Part shown: piece by piece, positions 46,636 to 60,967 of the stretch
How the letters are laid out: the number at the start of each line of letters is the position of its first letter
Position numbering within the stretch: the stretch's first letter is position 1
Origin: Vermamoeba vermiformis
Taxonomy: Eukaryota
DNA: 64,000 nt
Assembly: GCA_045837725.1 (NCBI GenBank)
Contig: JBEWZL010000266.1
Span: 434,001-498,000 of the forward strand
Direction: 5' to 3'
Notes under the pieces: generated by a model
What the model saw: only the letters and a program-made list of their open reading frames with translations
Database searches by the model: none
What the model was told of the DNA's origin: nothing
Program-made: the position numbers and the translations under genes

Positions 46636-49600
46636 CTAACTGAATAAGGGTTGATTCTCATTTTGTTGTTTTGTCAAGTGCAAAAACACTTGTTTGAGCG
46701 AGGTCTGCGAAATCGCCCAGTTCGATATTGACAATTCATGTTTGTTCTCTTCAACGAGGGCGAATAGAGCTGCTAAGTTATTGCCAACAGCACCAACATC
46801 GTACATTCTGAAGCCATCCATTGCCTCGAGCAACTTGCAGCCAGCAAAGTGTGACGTGACGAAGTTGTGCACTTCGACCTGTTTGTCTTGCGAGTAGGTC
46901 AATAGTAATCGATAGCCAGAGCCAAATTTGTGCTTGAGGTGTTGAGGACTGCCTATGCATCGAATCTGGCCTTTAACCATAATGGCTGAAGGAACATAAG
47001 TTAGTCCGGATCCTACATTTAACACAAACTCAATTAGAGAAAAACTTACCTATCCTGTCGCAAATAGCTTCAGCCTCATCCATACTATGAGTAGTTAACA
47101 ATACACAAGTATTGTTATTCTTGACGTAGCGGATCTCGTGCCACAATTGTCGGCGTGCCAACGGATCCATGCCGGAGCTCGGCTCATCCAACAAAATGAT
47201 TTTGCTGCCCCAAGCCATAGCAATAGCCAAACTCAATTTTCTTTTGTTGCCTCCGCTCAAAGTCTTGGTCAGCCTAACAAAAGAGGTGAGTCTACGAGGA
47301 CGTCGTCGAACATGGCAAGATCCGTACTTATTCTCATATTTGCTCAAACCTGTTCTGTGAAGCAGCGTGGTCACGTGATGCGAAACTTGTGCGGGTGTCA
47401 ATCCGGCTCTGAGATATGAGTTAATACATGAATAAATCCTCCGTTATTGTAACACGTACCTCAATTTGACGTAAAGTTCGAGTTGTTCACGGACGGTCAA
47501 AAAGCCCATCAATGCCTTGTTACTTTGCAAGCAACAGTTGAGTGCAATTTGTCGGTAGAGCTTCGACACTGAGATGTTGTGCGTGGACATGTTGTGCAAT
47601 AAAATGTCACCGTGGCTCGTTGACATTTGTGCGGTCAACATTGCGATGGTCGTTGTTTTGCCGGCACCGTTGGGTCCCAACAATCCAAAACAAAGATTGT
47701 TCTGCATGCCCATTGTGACGCCCTTGACAGCTGTCACGTCCTTGTTGTATACTTTGTAAATATTCAGTGCTTTAACCACGTCTTTAGGGTTATGTTGGTC
47801 ATTCCAAACACGATCTTTTTCTTGTCGCACGTCATCGTCCATATCTATGTCGTCACGTGGTGGCAACGAATCATCGTATAATGACTGCTTTCGGTGGTAA
47901 TTATGCTATAAATATGTCATTAGTACCTCTTTGTAAACATTAGAGAAATTGGTCCACGTACCAAACTGTCAACGATGACTAAGATAGCGAAGAAAAGCAA
48001 AGACTGGCCAAGGAAGAATAACAACGACCAACAGATGCCCAAGTTAGGATCCAAAAATGCAAAGTAGTTGCCTTGATTATAGACGCGTGCTTGATCTTTC
48101 AAAGTAGCCAGATGAACGAAGGCTGTGGCGACAGCTGAGGACGGCGTAAGATTGGCCAAGAGGTTGAAAGGTGCCGGCGCGAATAGCAAGCCAGCAGGCA
48201 ATACAGTCACCATATTAATCAAGCCCAACCATTCTGGCAAAAAGAATTAGAATGTTGTTGGATCCGACAAGTTCGGTACTCAAAATTAACTTACTTTGAA
48301 GAGTCTCGACCTTGTTAAACATATAAGTGCATATATATGCCCAAGAAGTATAAGATAATGTGAACCCGAGTGCTACTAGTGCAACGCTTGGGAGCAGATC
48401 GACCGTCAAACCACCCACTACACAGGCATTAGAATCAGAGTTACAGTACGCTAAAAATAGGTACTTACTTTGTACTATAAATCCAACAACACACGCCATG
48501 AATACTGAGATGAAAGTCAAGGTGCCATCAACAATCAAGTTGCTGATCCAGTAGATGAACGGAGGCGTTCCGGTAACATTGATCAACAAGCGAGTTTGGT
48601 GCAATCTTTCGGACAAAATCTAACACATAATATTATTAATCCGATTATCAAGGAAAGAAGTTTCTAAAATAGTTTTTCGATTGATTGGATCCGTACCTTT
48701 TTAGCCAATAAAACTCCGAGAGCGCACAATTCAATCGCAATCAAATATGCATTAGTGCTTTCTCTTATGATCACGAAAATGTTTCCAGAGGCTTGTGGGA
48801 ATGGGTTCGAATTGACCTTCAAGAAAGTCCTGGCAACCTCGGGACTCGCGTTAAGCGCCAAAATAGCGCTGTGGAACATGTTGATGAGTGCAGGCAACGA
48901 ACCATGACGAAGCTGATTATAGTAGAAGTTCATGTAATAGTAGTTCGATGTCGCGTTGATTCCATTGAAAGAAAGCGCGCCAAAACTAAATCGCGGATCT
49001 ATCGTGGCGCTGCTCGACGAGTTGAGTTGGTCGGTCAAATAGTTTTCAATATCATGGTACGTTTGGAATTCCAAGAATTTGATATCTTCAGGGTTCGAAG
49101 ACAAACTGTGCGTAGCATTAAGGAAAGTCCTAATATCAGGTCTGGTGCCATAGTAAAGTTGCGAAAATGGGAATGTGACCGGCAAGAACTCGACGAATGA
49201 AAACGATTCAGGAACTGCATCAGTCTTAGAGTTGATTTGATTATTATTGAGGTTCTGTTGGGTCTGAAAAATATTCATATTAGCCGAGCTGATGGACTTC
49301 AATAATAGACTTACAGTGAATATGAGATTCATGAGCAAGAGCGTCAATGTGGGCAATAGCAAGAACACGAGCAACATCTTCCACGATCTCAATTGGAAGA
49401 TAACTCTGGCCTTAACCAACGCATTCATTTTAGTCACGAAAGACGAGGCTTTTGCGTCTAACAAAAGGCATTAGTAATTGCTCAACAGGTATTATTTTGA
49501 CATGAGAATGTTACCTTCAGCAGCGTCTAATGCAGCAGCAGTACCAGCCACGTGGTCCACTTCATCTTCATCGACATTAATGCTATGTTCTCCGCGTCTT

Positions 49601-52544
49601 TGGCTCGGCTTTGGCTCGTCAGTATGTTCAGTCTCGTCAGCGGTGATCTTCAAAAACACGTCTTCGAGCGATGTCATTGAAATGCCGTAACTTTCAATGC
49701 CCAAATTGTGCACTGGCTCCTTTGTCTCTTGTTCGAGCGCTTTTAATAGATTCAATAGCAACGATGATTCGCTGTTCGGGAGCAAGATAGTCATATCACC
49801 ATCGTTTTCTTGAGCCAATGAGGCCGTAGGGTACAACTCTAAGAAAAAAGTTTAGTATTCGTGACGAGATTTTAGTCGATAGTTGTACCTTTGATAAATT
49901 TAGTGAAGTTGCTCATAGAAAAGAACTCAGCCTTGGCAATGTTCAAGTAGTATCCGATACCAAACCTTTGTTTCAAGAACAAAGGAGTACCATAGCACTT
50001 CAATTTGCCGTTTGCAATAATCGCAATTCGATCACCGAGGACATCAGCTTCTTCCATGAAATGCGTGGTCAAGATGATAGTTTTTCCTTCCTTAAACTTT
50101 TTCAAAGAATCCCACAAATGAGCACGTGATGTGGGATCGAGACCAGACGTCGGTTCATCAAGGAACACCACTAAAAGATTCATTTTAGACGCTGCCACTC
50201 CGAAAAATTTGCTCACGTACCTCGAACTGGACCAATGGTGGCAATGGCAAGACTAAGCCTACGCTTCATACCACCGCTGTACTCTTTGACTATAGTATCT
50301 TTCTTTTCGACCAAATCAACGTTCTCAAGGGCACGCATCACCACGTGATCAAGAACGTCATCGTCAACGCCACGAAGTTTAGCAAAGATTCTCAAATGTT
50401 GGTCGCCAGTAAGTTCGTCAAACAGCAAGTCTTTTTGTGGGCAATAACCCATAACCTTGCGCAACGTGTCAATGTTCTCGTTAATGTCGAGGCCATTGAT
50501 AAGAACTTCACCAGATGTCGCTGAAGTCATTCCTATATTTGGATTAGTCACTGTTGAAGTGGCAGTGACGCGTGTCACTTATTGACGTACCGGTTAAAAC
50601 TGAAATAGTCGTGCTTTTGCCCGCACCGTTGTGTCCCAAAAGAGCCATAATTTGATTGGTGCCAATATCCATGGACAAATTGTTAACGGCAACAACTTTC
50701 TCGTCTTGTTTTCCGGGATAGATTTTGTTCAATTTGCGTATCTGAATGCCAACTGGCTGAGAAGAGTTCAGTTGTTCGATGCCCTCACGAAGCTCGTAAT
50801 CGTTGTCGTTCTCGTTCAACAGAAGAGTTTCTTCTTCGGCTAGTTGTTTTGGCGTAGCTCTCCAGTAGCGGGGCAAAAAACAAAAATAGAATGGCTTTCT
50901 AATGCCTTGATCTTGAGGCAAAACGTTGCTCAAGTACCTGCGAAAAAAGTGTTAGATCCACGAGACGGTACAGAATAGCACATACCATACTAGGAAAGTA
51001 TAGATTATGGCGTCTATGAACAATACAGCAGCAAAGTTACCGGTGGTCATTTCTTCAGTCGAGAACCATACGGAAGCCCATGGACTATTGGTCGCTTCGT
51101 TCACGAACACCTTCATCAAAGCACAGTAGAAGCCCATTGGCGCAATAAAAGCCGTTCCTAATTGCACGCCAAAGCTTGCGTCGAGCAAGAAACTCGATAC
51201 CATGCCAAGGATTGTGAACCACAAGGTAGCGGTAATGGAGGCTAGTTGAGCTGAGGTCATGATAACTGGAACTAAAAACGAGAACATGATTGATGCCACA
51301 ACGTAACCAGCATTCAATAAAAAGAATGCAAAGAACGGTGTTTGAAGCTCTGAGCCCAAGACGAGATAAATCGAGCACGAGGACAGCACCAAAGGACCCA
51401 CGACAAATACTAACTGCATGCACAGCCAGCTGAGCCAATACGCTATTTCATTTAGGCCCGCTATCTTCATGAACTCTTTGAGCTTTGATTGCTTTTCCTT
51501 GACGATTTCTAGCGACAAAATGTCAGCAAAGTTACAGATCCACACGGGTAATTTTTGACCAACTTACGAACTAACGGGACCAAAAACGCGAGCATATATG
51601 AGTAGTTGATCATCTACATGGTAAAGTTAATATCTTTCCTGCTACATTACAGCAGAATTTTCTAATGAACTTTCGTTTTTCCCGAGTTCGGAACTTACTG
51701 AAGCGAAGCTGTTCGCCAATGATTTCGGAGGCTTATCTTGCTTCCAATACGGATATTTAGATACAGCATAATATGACGTCACATTATGCGAGGGCACTGT
51801 TGTCATGAGAATAGCGCGCTCGAGGAGAGATTGAAGGCCAACGAAACCAGAGGTCAAAAACATTTCATCCGAGTCTGTTGACCCGGGCAAATCATCCTCC
51901 GCGAGTCTAATAGTGTAATTAAAGCCCTCTTTTAGTTCTTCAAGCTCAATGCCTAAAAATAGCGAGAGTTAATGATCATAATCGAGAGATCTTGCCTCTT
52001 TGAACTTACCAGCCCAAACAGTATTATTAGCGTATCCTTGTAGCATCTCATCTTGCGATTGAACGTACTGGACTGGCAAGGGAGTCTTTTCATAACGGAC
52101 TAAGGACTTGAAGTTATTGATGATGGTGTCCGTTCTATTTGAACTTCCAAGAGGACGAGCAAGGACTGCTATAGTGCAAGAAGTCATATTATTTGCTGAT
52201 ATACAGTTGTCCAAGGCAGAAATAGTCGTAAAAATCTCTGAGGCGTAGGATTGGGTCGGGATCAGGGTACGCTTGACACTTCCGAGACCAGCTCGCATTG
52301 AAAAACCCGCTGCAGCTGCCTTTTATAAAACATGATTTTTAATAATTATTACGTAACAAAGTTGCCATTTTTATCAGTAAACAAGGTAAAATCAGCAGAT
52401 CCAATTACATAAATCAAAATAAATTTTAAATCTTACCATAAACAAAGGAAGTACGAGTATAATAATCATAGCACCCTTGTTGCGCTTTTGAAGCCACCAG
52501 TTCTTTTTGAACCCGATCTTTATTTGATCGGCGAGCTTTCCCAT
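46636..52544 (-). CDS. ABCA: Full-size ABCA transporter (TMD-NBD-TMD-NBD)
   Basis: [115 protein letters not shown]. Confidence 0.96.
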
Positions 52545-52713
52545 GGTCTAGTGTATTATCAGCGAATACCAACTCGATATATTTCCGAACATAACCAAAA
52601 GGCACTCGTAATTGTGGTTTACGAGTTCTGTCGACGTTTCTTGTTCACGCAAATTTGAAAACTAACAATCTTGCACAACTGAACGCAATAACCCACAAGC
52701 AGTAACTTCAACC

Positions 52714-53727
52714 ATGATAATAATTATTAATGGCCCACTTGGAATTGGTACGGTTTTTCACAATCATAATTGCTGAAGATAACAAAGTCTTTGTACCATC
52801 CATCCTTTTTTTTTCGCGCCTAATTAATTCCTGAATATTGTAGGCAAATCTACTATTTCGGAATCATTGTTAGCTCCATTATCCAAGCAAAATAAGAAGA
52901 TATGGCTATTGGACGTTGATCACCTCATGACTTGTTCTCCCGAGCTCGATGAGAATTTTGGGCCTGCACATTACGAATATTTGACCAAATTAGTTAGTCA
53001 TAATATCAATTTTCATCGCGAAAATGGCTTTGATTGTTTTATTATTAATTATGTCTTTACGGAACACCAACAATTATTCGATCTTATTCAGTACCTGCAC
53101 AAAAATTCAGCGGCAGCTGCTAATGGTGGCATATTTAGCTTTTGTTTATGGTCTCATCATTCTTCAATATTGCAAGTAAATGTGAACAAACGAGCTCTGT
53201 CGAATCTGGATTGGGAATTGAATAGATGCGTGGAACATCACCGTCAGATGGCGAAATTAATTCCTACAAAGAAATTAGGTGAGATTATATTAGTACATGA
53301 TGCCGCAGGAGTAGTTTTAAATCCAGAAACCATTTGCAAGGACATTCTTTCAAAAATAGATGCTATCGTCAATCCAAACACCAACTTAGAAAGGATTGAT
53401 GTTAGTCCTCGCTTTATCGACTGGATACTTGACGGATCCAAAAAAGCAACGACGAGGAAGTGGAAGAAGGAAAGAAAAACTTGGAAGACCGGAGATCTGC
53501 TGCTTGCCATCAATTCGGAAACCAAGAAACCATTTGCAGTACTCAGGCTAGAAAACATACAGACCTCTAAATTTGGAGAATTAACAGAAGATCTAGCGAA
53601 GACCGAACATTTCGAAAGTTTAGACGAGTTCAAACAAGTACTACGAGACATTTATCCAGATATTAATCAAACTGGCGATGCTACCTTAATGCACGTATTT
53701 TATTTTACTCTATTACACATCTTGTAA
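52714..53727 (+). CDS. P-loop nucleoside/nucleotide kinase-like domain fused to a YqfB-like ASCH domain, 2 exons
   Basis: MIIIINGPLGI|GKSTISE (Walker A split by an intron), WLLDVD and FIINYVF; C-terminal RFIDWILDGSKKATTR...KTGD...LTEDLAKTEHFESLDEFKQVLRDIYP. Confidence 0.88.
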
Positions 53728-53911
53728 ATGATAAGGTGATTGAAAAGCGTATCCATTTTTAGTTCAAAATAAATAACTGGTTTATTGCCTCGGCAATTAT
53801 AGTATTAACAAAATTAAACAATTGTAATATGTACAATATTTACAACAACTACGATTGTGTTGCGAAGCTTAACCAAGCAAAATTCCAAAGGGGTCGTAGA
53901 AGTACATCCGC

Positions 53912-56019
53912 TTAAGCGTGAATAGCGGTTTGTTGAGAGACTTCAATAGCAGGTCTCTTTTCGTCGTTCATAGCCGACTTGATATCGACACCATTACCAA
54001 TATCAATGAAGAGGTTCTTGATTTCTTGAATGTAATTTCTTACGTTCTTTTCTTCAATAGCGTTGTTCCAAGTGAACGAGGCGTGCATTTGGTCGTCAGT
54101 GGCCAACCAATAGCAAGTGACGTGGTTAGAGATACCCTTGATAGAGAAGGCAGTGGTACCAGTCGGCATCAGATCCAAAGTCTCGCCAAAGTACGGCTTG
54201 ATGACTTTAAGGTTGCCAAACATGTAAGGGAACGGGCTTTCAGTGTCCTCGAAGTTAAACAACGAGAAGAGATCTTGCGACAAGAAATGAGTCACGTGGA
54301 TGCCCATCTTGACGTTCGAAATGAAGTTATTGTACGATTTGCGGGCCAAAGTCCAAACATCTAAAACAAAAAATAACTCTATTAGACACCTATTATAAAC
54401 ATATCATAGTATTGTACTCGTCACTTACCCATATCTCGAGAGATGTTAGTGTTGGCATAAGCACCGGAAGAAAAGTGGCACATGTCGGATTCGGCAATTG
54501 AACACTTGGGCAAAGCACGGCGCAAGTCGATAGTGATGTTAGTGACGAACTTCTCGGTCTTGACGGGTGATCCCAAGACGCCTCTGTGATAGGCAATCAT
54601 GCAGAGGGCATTCAAGACGAATGTCGGGGAGAGGCTGTGGGCCTTGCAAGCAGCAATGAAGTTGGCGGTTTGTTTCTCGGAGAAATCTAATTGTTCGAAC
54701 AACGACAAACGCACGGCAGGGAGCCTCTTGACTAAGGGCAAGCTCGGCATGTCATTGCGGAGCTTGATGTCGAAAGCTGATTGCACGAAGTAGAGGATCT
54801 TGCGGGGAAGAAGATATTGCGAGTAGGGCTTCAAGGCTTGTTTGGGCGAAGGGAAGGCCGTAATTACTTTGTCCTTCTCCATGTCGGGGTGCATCTGCTG
54901 AGGAGGTTTGTCCAAGTAGCGGAACAACCGGAACATGGTATTCGTAGCGCTCAAATAATCGCAGATAGAGTGGTGAATACTCCACACGACACTGAGGTCA
55001 CGTACAAAGTTGTTTGGGTTCGATCCAGCGTCCTCAGGGTTCTTTACAAGCACGAGGCGCATGAAGGGACCTAAAATGAAATGGAAACGTGAGTATAAAG
55101 AAGAGGATGAGACTTGGCAGTGATTGACGTATTACATTAGCATCGCGCTACACGATTTGAAGTGAATTAAAACGCTCAACAAAAAAGGTAAATTTCGACA
55201 AAAAGCGGATTCGCGAGAATCTAAAAGATCGTATTGACGTACCAATCAATGGATAGTTAGTGTTAGTCTCGCGTCGAACAACTTCCAACCAGGTCAGCTT
55301 ATCTTCAACCAAAATAGGGATTTCGGGGATCTGAAATCGAAAAGGTCAGAAAATCGATTGATTATTCAAAAGTATTCCTTTGTAATTGATAAGCGCGTTT
55401 AATATCATCGGAATACGGTTCCGTCACGATTATAAAACGCGCAACTCAATCGGCGCGCTTGGAAATAGAGTGGGATTTGTTTCAGTGAATTAAGATCAGA
55501 TCGCGCAATTTTCTCAAACAAATTAATGGGTAATTACCTCGGGCTGACGGACCCAATACCATTTAACTCTACGAGTATGACGATGTCTAGCAGCTGCTCC
55601 AACTTGCAAAGTGGGGTTCTCCATCTGGACCGCTCGGGCCGCCAATTTCATGCGAGACATGAATTCAGACCAAGTGACATCTTCTTTGATTTTGAGGCGA
55701 AGGCAAGTGACCATATTACCACTGCCAGGGAACTTCTTTGAATCAAAATGTCTCAAAAAGAAGTGCTCGGCTGCGGTGACGCTGGTCCAATTTGCTGGGA
55801 CTGGAGGCTCTGTTGCAACATTGATTAACAATCTATCGCGCACGTTGACATGTCAATAAAAGATTTCAATTGATTTTGCCAGCACAATAATACTCTTGTA
55901 AATCTGGGATTTGACAACATACCTTTCTCGAAGATCCACGAGATTCTAGGCCATATCAACCTAAAGAAAATATAATAGAACGAAGCTAAGATTAGCGCTC
56001 CGATGCCTTTCGTGTTCAT
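53912..56019 (-). CDS. CoA-dependent acyltransferase (alcohol acetyltransferase/condensation-like fold) with N-terminal membrane anchor
   Basis: HHSICD (HxxxD) motif, GPFMRLVLV, FIAACKAHSLSPT and ITIDLRR; hydrophobic N-terminus GALILASFYYIFFRLIW. Confidence 0.85.
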
Positions 56020-57058
56020 TGTTGCTTTGTGTTTGTTACAAAAAGCTCAGAAATTCTTGCAATTTTTAAAGGTTTTTTGCTTCGCAAGAAATTTGACCGA
56101 AATTTTATCGGCCGCAGTTCGCCGCTGGCTTCCCTGCCCTCGGAATTTGAAAAACTCCGGTCGGATCAACAGATCGCCCGAGCTACCACCGTTCGTGAAC
56201 GAAACTTGCCACGTACGAGCACAGATCTGTGCAAAATTGTAATTTTCATTGAAGGTGCGTGGGGTCGATCTGAAATAGTGAATAATAACGCTTTGCAGTA
56301 ATGCCGATGATAAGCAATTACCAATGGAATCATGCTAAGCGAAACGGGATCCAGAAATTTGAAAGAAAGTTCCAGATCCTATTTTGCGCATCAAGTAAAT
56401 TTAACCGAGTTTCAGACTGTTTTATGCCGCAGTCTTCCCTTTAATAGACTGCAAATAAGAGTACATATGTAGATTTACTATATTTCTAGGGATAAAAATC
56501 CAACGTAACAAAGTTGAAACGGCATCTAGCAAAATCTAGCATGCAGCATCTGTCAAACGCGCTTGGCTATTAATTTTACTTCGTGCAAACACATGGCACA
56601 TTTGCAAAATAATATCTTATGCTAACGATTATTAAATCAGAACGAAGGATTGGTCAGTCAAAAATTATGTGCAACGGCTAGATTCTTATTTGACCATTTG
56701 TAAATACTCAAAATAATTACCTTCACGATAAAAAAACTTAAGGATAATAACTAGCGTTAAAATAAAATTTTTGGACGTACCTGGAGCTCGAACTATAAAA
56801 ACGTTGGTCCAGGATGGATGGAGACTGGCGTTGTTAAATCATCGTTGCTGAGCGCTGCGTATACACAGAATTGGTGCCAGAGTTTGACCAACAGATACAC
56901 GTGGTATCTACGTAGGGCAACAAGAGCTTTTGTTGGATGTCACGTTTCGACAATTTTTCTCAGTTCGTTCCTCTCACAAACGAACGAAACCGATAAAAAG
57001 TTGTTCTTAGCTAAAAGTTAGAAGAGTATACCGACTCACTACCAACCAACATCAGCAA

Positions 57059-58467
57059 ATGGAACAAAATCAAGATCGAGGAAGAAAAGTGCCTCAAAAG
57101 CCTTATCAAGGCACAACAAACAGAAACCTCAGAGTGTTGACTCAAGAACAAATTGATGAGTTCAACGAACAAGGATTTATTATAATCCCGAATGCAGTCT
57201 CAGCTGAAGACTGCGACAGATGTTACCAAGAAATCTGGCAAATGGTTGAGCAAAACAGTCCCGTAAGTGCGATATTTTATAGCAATTTTAACGCGATTTA
57301 ATTTGATTTATCTAACAATAATGAAAATTATAGGCACGCCAAAATGATCCGTCAACTTGGAATGGTCAGCCCTTCGATACTAAGGTACGTAACTATTAAT
57401 GTACACGGGTTATAGTAGCTAACGTCGGCATATATAGGGATTTTTGGACACTTTCCCCGTTCATCATTTGCAAACGATTTGGAACATGCGACAAGATCCC
57501 AAGATCTACAGCTACTTTGTCGACATCCTCGGCAGAGAAGAGCTATTAGTATCGATAGATCGCGTCAGTTTGAAAAGGTAATGCCTTATTCATATCATTG
57601 TGATGTATATTGACATATTCTGAAGACCTGGCGTTGTCAAAGGCAAACCACATCCCGAGTGGCACCGCGCAACAAACTATCATACTGATATTAACCCTCA
57701 CGTAAGTTTAAAACACTCGAACACATCAATTATTGATCTAATGTCTTATTTATATAGTTCTTACCTCCCAAGTTGATGGTTCAAGGCTTCGTGTCGCTCT
57801 TGGACACGGATGTGAGTCAAGGCTCATTGCACGTCATTCCAGGCTGGCAATGGGACATTGAAAAATGGGCTGCTGATCACCCTGATAAGGTACTAATATA
57901 TAAGATACTTAATTCAACTCGGAAACTTACCTCGTTGTTCAGAAACGACCTCCTCACGTAAAATTAAACTGGTTCACTGACGAATCAGTGACGAGCAAAA
58001 GAACAAAGCAATTGTCCTTCAAGAAAGGCGACTTTTTGATATGGAACTCCGCGGTCATTCACGGCAGTTATCCGAACACCAGATCTCTGTGGCGATCTTT
58101 TGTGTACATCACGTACTTTGAGGCCGATTATAACGACCAAGAAATGCTTGAAGCACGTTTACAGAGCTATAGAGTAAGTTCTATAAGACAAATCAGTTTG
58201 AATTTCTGCATTATTAAAAGTCAATTATGTTGTTTACTAACCTGTTTGAACCAGACTGGTGTGGCCCCTGACAAGTTCGCGACAGGGAATCACATTCCGC
58301 AAGTTCACGTCTCTGAAGCACAATTGGTACGGGCGATACTAAGCGTATATTATACATTGCTAACTTGATAATTATAGGCTCGATACGTACCTCCGCAATT
58401 GACGGAACTTGGAAGAAAGTTGCTCGGAGAAGTCTATTGGCCTAATGGTGCCATGAACGATCTATAA
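57059..58467 (+). CDS. PhyH-family Fe(II)/2-oxoglutarate dioxygenase
   Basis: LTQEQIDEFNEQGFIIIPNAV; LLVSIDR; IHTD (HxD); VQGFVSLLD...GSLHVIPG; KKGDFLIWNSAVIHGSYPN....R. Confidence 0.92.
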
Positions 58468-58582
58468 ATAGTATAAGCGAAGCTGTCGTTAGATCTCTTC
58501 GTGAAGACATTTACATGTAGTTTATCATATCCGCGGCAGACATTGACGGTGAGGAAAGAAGGAACCAAATTTATTAGTGCTT

Positions 58583-60000
58583 TTAGTTATCAAAGATCCG
58601 GTGATAAGTGGACGTCCTTGCAGAGTTTGACTTGACAGTGAACTCGCTAGTCAAGCAGTTGTTCTCGTTGCTGTTAGGACCGACCCACAATTGGAAAGTA
58701 CCGGGCTCAACTTTGAAGACCATGTTCGCGTCGTAATGAGCTAATTCTGAGACAAGCAAGTTGAACGTTATTTGCTATACAAAATCCGTTAGACGGGCAC
58801 GTGACAAGATTTTTTTCTCGATTCCAGAGTTTGACTTACGACCGTGGATCCAGCGGGAATCGAGACCTTTTGGAATTGGTGCAACAATTTCTTGTAACGC
58901 ACGACACTTGCACCAGTCAGTTGCGCGATGTAGATCTGCGCTGCATCCTTGCCCTCACGATTTCCGGTGTTAGAGATTGACACTTGGACTTGCAGAGTGC
59001 CGTCAACCTGCACGACCACCCCATGATTCCTATTATAAATCTGTCGAAGATTATGCAATGTCTTACTCGGCAAATATCGGCGTTGTCACCAACAAAGAGA
59101 AGGGCCATATCCGAGCTGAAAGCAGCGGCAACAGCTTGACTAAGCAAAGCTTGACTATTGTTCATAATATAGTGTCCTTCAGCGAAGTTGGTTGAGATCT
59201 TGGCTGAGAAGTTGGCGTTGTAGTCCTGGATGTAGTTTTGGATGCCTTGAAGAGGCGTGACGATAGTAGCGCATACAAAGTATACTCGCCAAGTTGCTGG
59301 TATACAAAAAAGATTAATTAATTCAATGAATTTAACATTGTGTCAGGTGGCGTTATTTCCTTTTATGGAAGTTACGAAATTAAATGCATAAATTAGTTCT
59401 TTTGTACGTACACCGATAGGCTCGTTAGCTGTCGGACCATTGATAGCTACAGATTTTAACTGAATTGTCGATGGTTAGTACGAGATCCCGATGAAGTTTA
59501 TGGCTTACCTTAGAGAGATCAAGAGGCAATTGACCAGCGTCGTTCTTCAACAATACAGTGCCTTCAACGGCAGCAGTACGAGCCAAGGCGCGGTTAGTGG
59601 GGTTGTCAAGACTTTTGGCACCATTGGGGTCGGCGTAAGGGTTCTCGAAGATACCAATAGCGAACTTTGAGTAGCACTTTGCCAGCGGATCGATCAACAT
59701 ACTCCATAGGGACCTATAATTGGTAGATTAGCTTAACGAGCACTCGAAGTAGAGGTTCTGGATCGCGTAGGTTGGGTAGCGTCGGCAGGAATGTTTGATC
59801 TGGTACAAAGAAATCAGCAAGCGCCAAGGGAGTCCTTATTGATCAAATAACCATCCATAATATTTTTAAAGAAGGTTCTTGAATTATCAAGATATTCGTA
59901 GGTCACTAAGGTGTTTTTAACTCGTTCACGTACCAGCGTGGATGTGATTACTGACCAAGCAAATGGCGACAACAGCCACGAGTACTAAGTACTTGTTCAT
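58583..60000 (-). pseudogene. GH3 beta-glucosidase/xylosidase pseudogene with large deletions and frameshifts
   Basis: Signal peptide MNKYLVLVAVVAICLV, then almost directly KFAIGIFENPY...ARTAAVEGTVLLKND...LPL, SVAINGPTAN, IVTPLQGI and an Fn3-like VSISNTGNREGKDAAQIY...VEPGTFQLWVG. The catalytic barrel is missing, and there are frame breaks near 59673 and 59271. Confidence 0.8.
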
Positions 60001-60967
60001 GCTGACGAGCCCTAGCTTTCAATGTTCGGTGGTCAATTGTCGAGCAACGAAAAGCTGCTTTGACGCTAAATGATTTTCTTTTTATCCAACAGTCGCGTAC
60101 GCATAGTAGCGGCGGAGCAACAATTATTATATGTGCTTATAATAGATGTGCATATGCTTATTAAATTCATGAAAGGAGAAGTAAGTACAGCCCCATATCA
60201 AAAATTTATTCAGAGAAATGTTTTGCAGCAATTCCTGAATTCAAAAAATATAATAAATAAGGAATATTATAGTGTATGTCAATAAATGAGGTTTGAGTGC
60301 TTCGTGACACTTTGATCAAGATTTGGCATGACAGAAAAATTTTATAATGTCTAACATTAATTGACTTCAATAATACAATGAACCATTTAATAGTATTAGC
60401 ACATAATATAAACAGCAAAATAAGCAACAAAATTTAGCGTGTCTAATCCTAAATGTAAACTACACCAACTTCACCTAACACGTGTTCGCCAACGTATAGG
60501 CGTATTACGTACCAACGCATTAGCACTCTGAAGTTGCAAATTATCGGTCGCACGAGTATAAAATGATTGACCACCAAAACGGTAAATTAATTAATGCATA
60601 GGTGTGCACTTGAGTGTGGACGATTGTACCTCGCGATTTATCCTGCAGGTAATGAGACGTTACTAAGCAGGGAAACAATTAATAATGCATCATATTAATT
60701 TTGACCAAGAAGCCGCTACAACGAGAGTGTTTTTGAACCAAATCCACTGAAGACGTCATTTTCTCCTGATCTGGAGATGAAAGGCTTAATGTGAGTCGCA
60801 GAGTACAGTATACCGGCCCAGGTTGCTACACCCTAATTAATTTAGCAAATTGCCGTTAAATCTCCCCGTCCGAGATAAATTTTTGGTTTCGTTCGTGTCA
60901 ATCAAACAATTTTTATCATTTATTGTAATAGAACACCACCAAGAAGGTTTCTAAACTAAAACCAACA

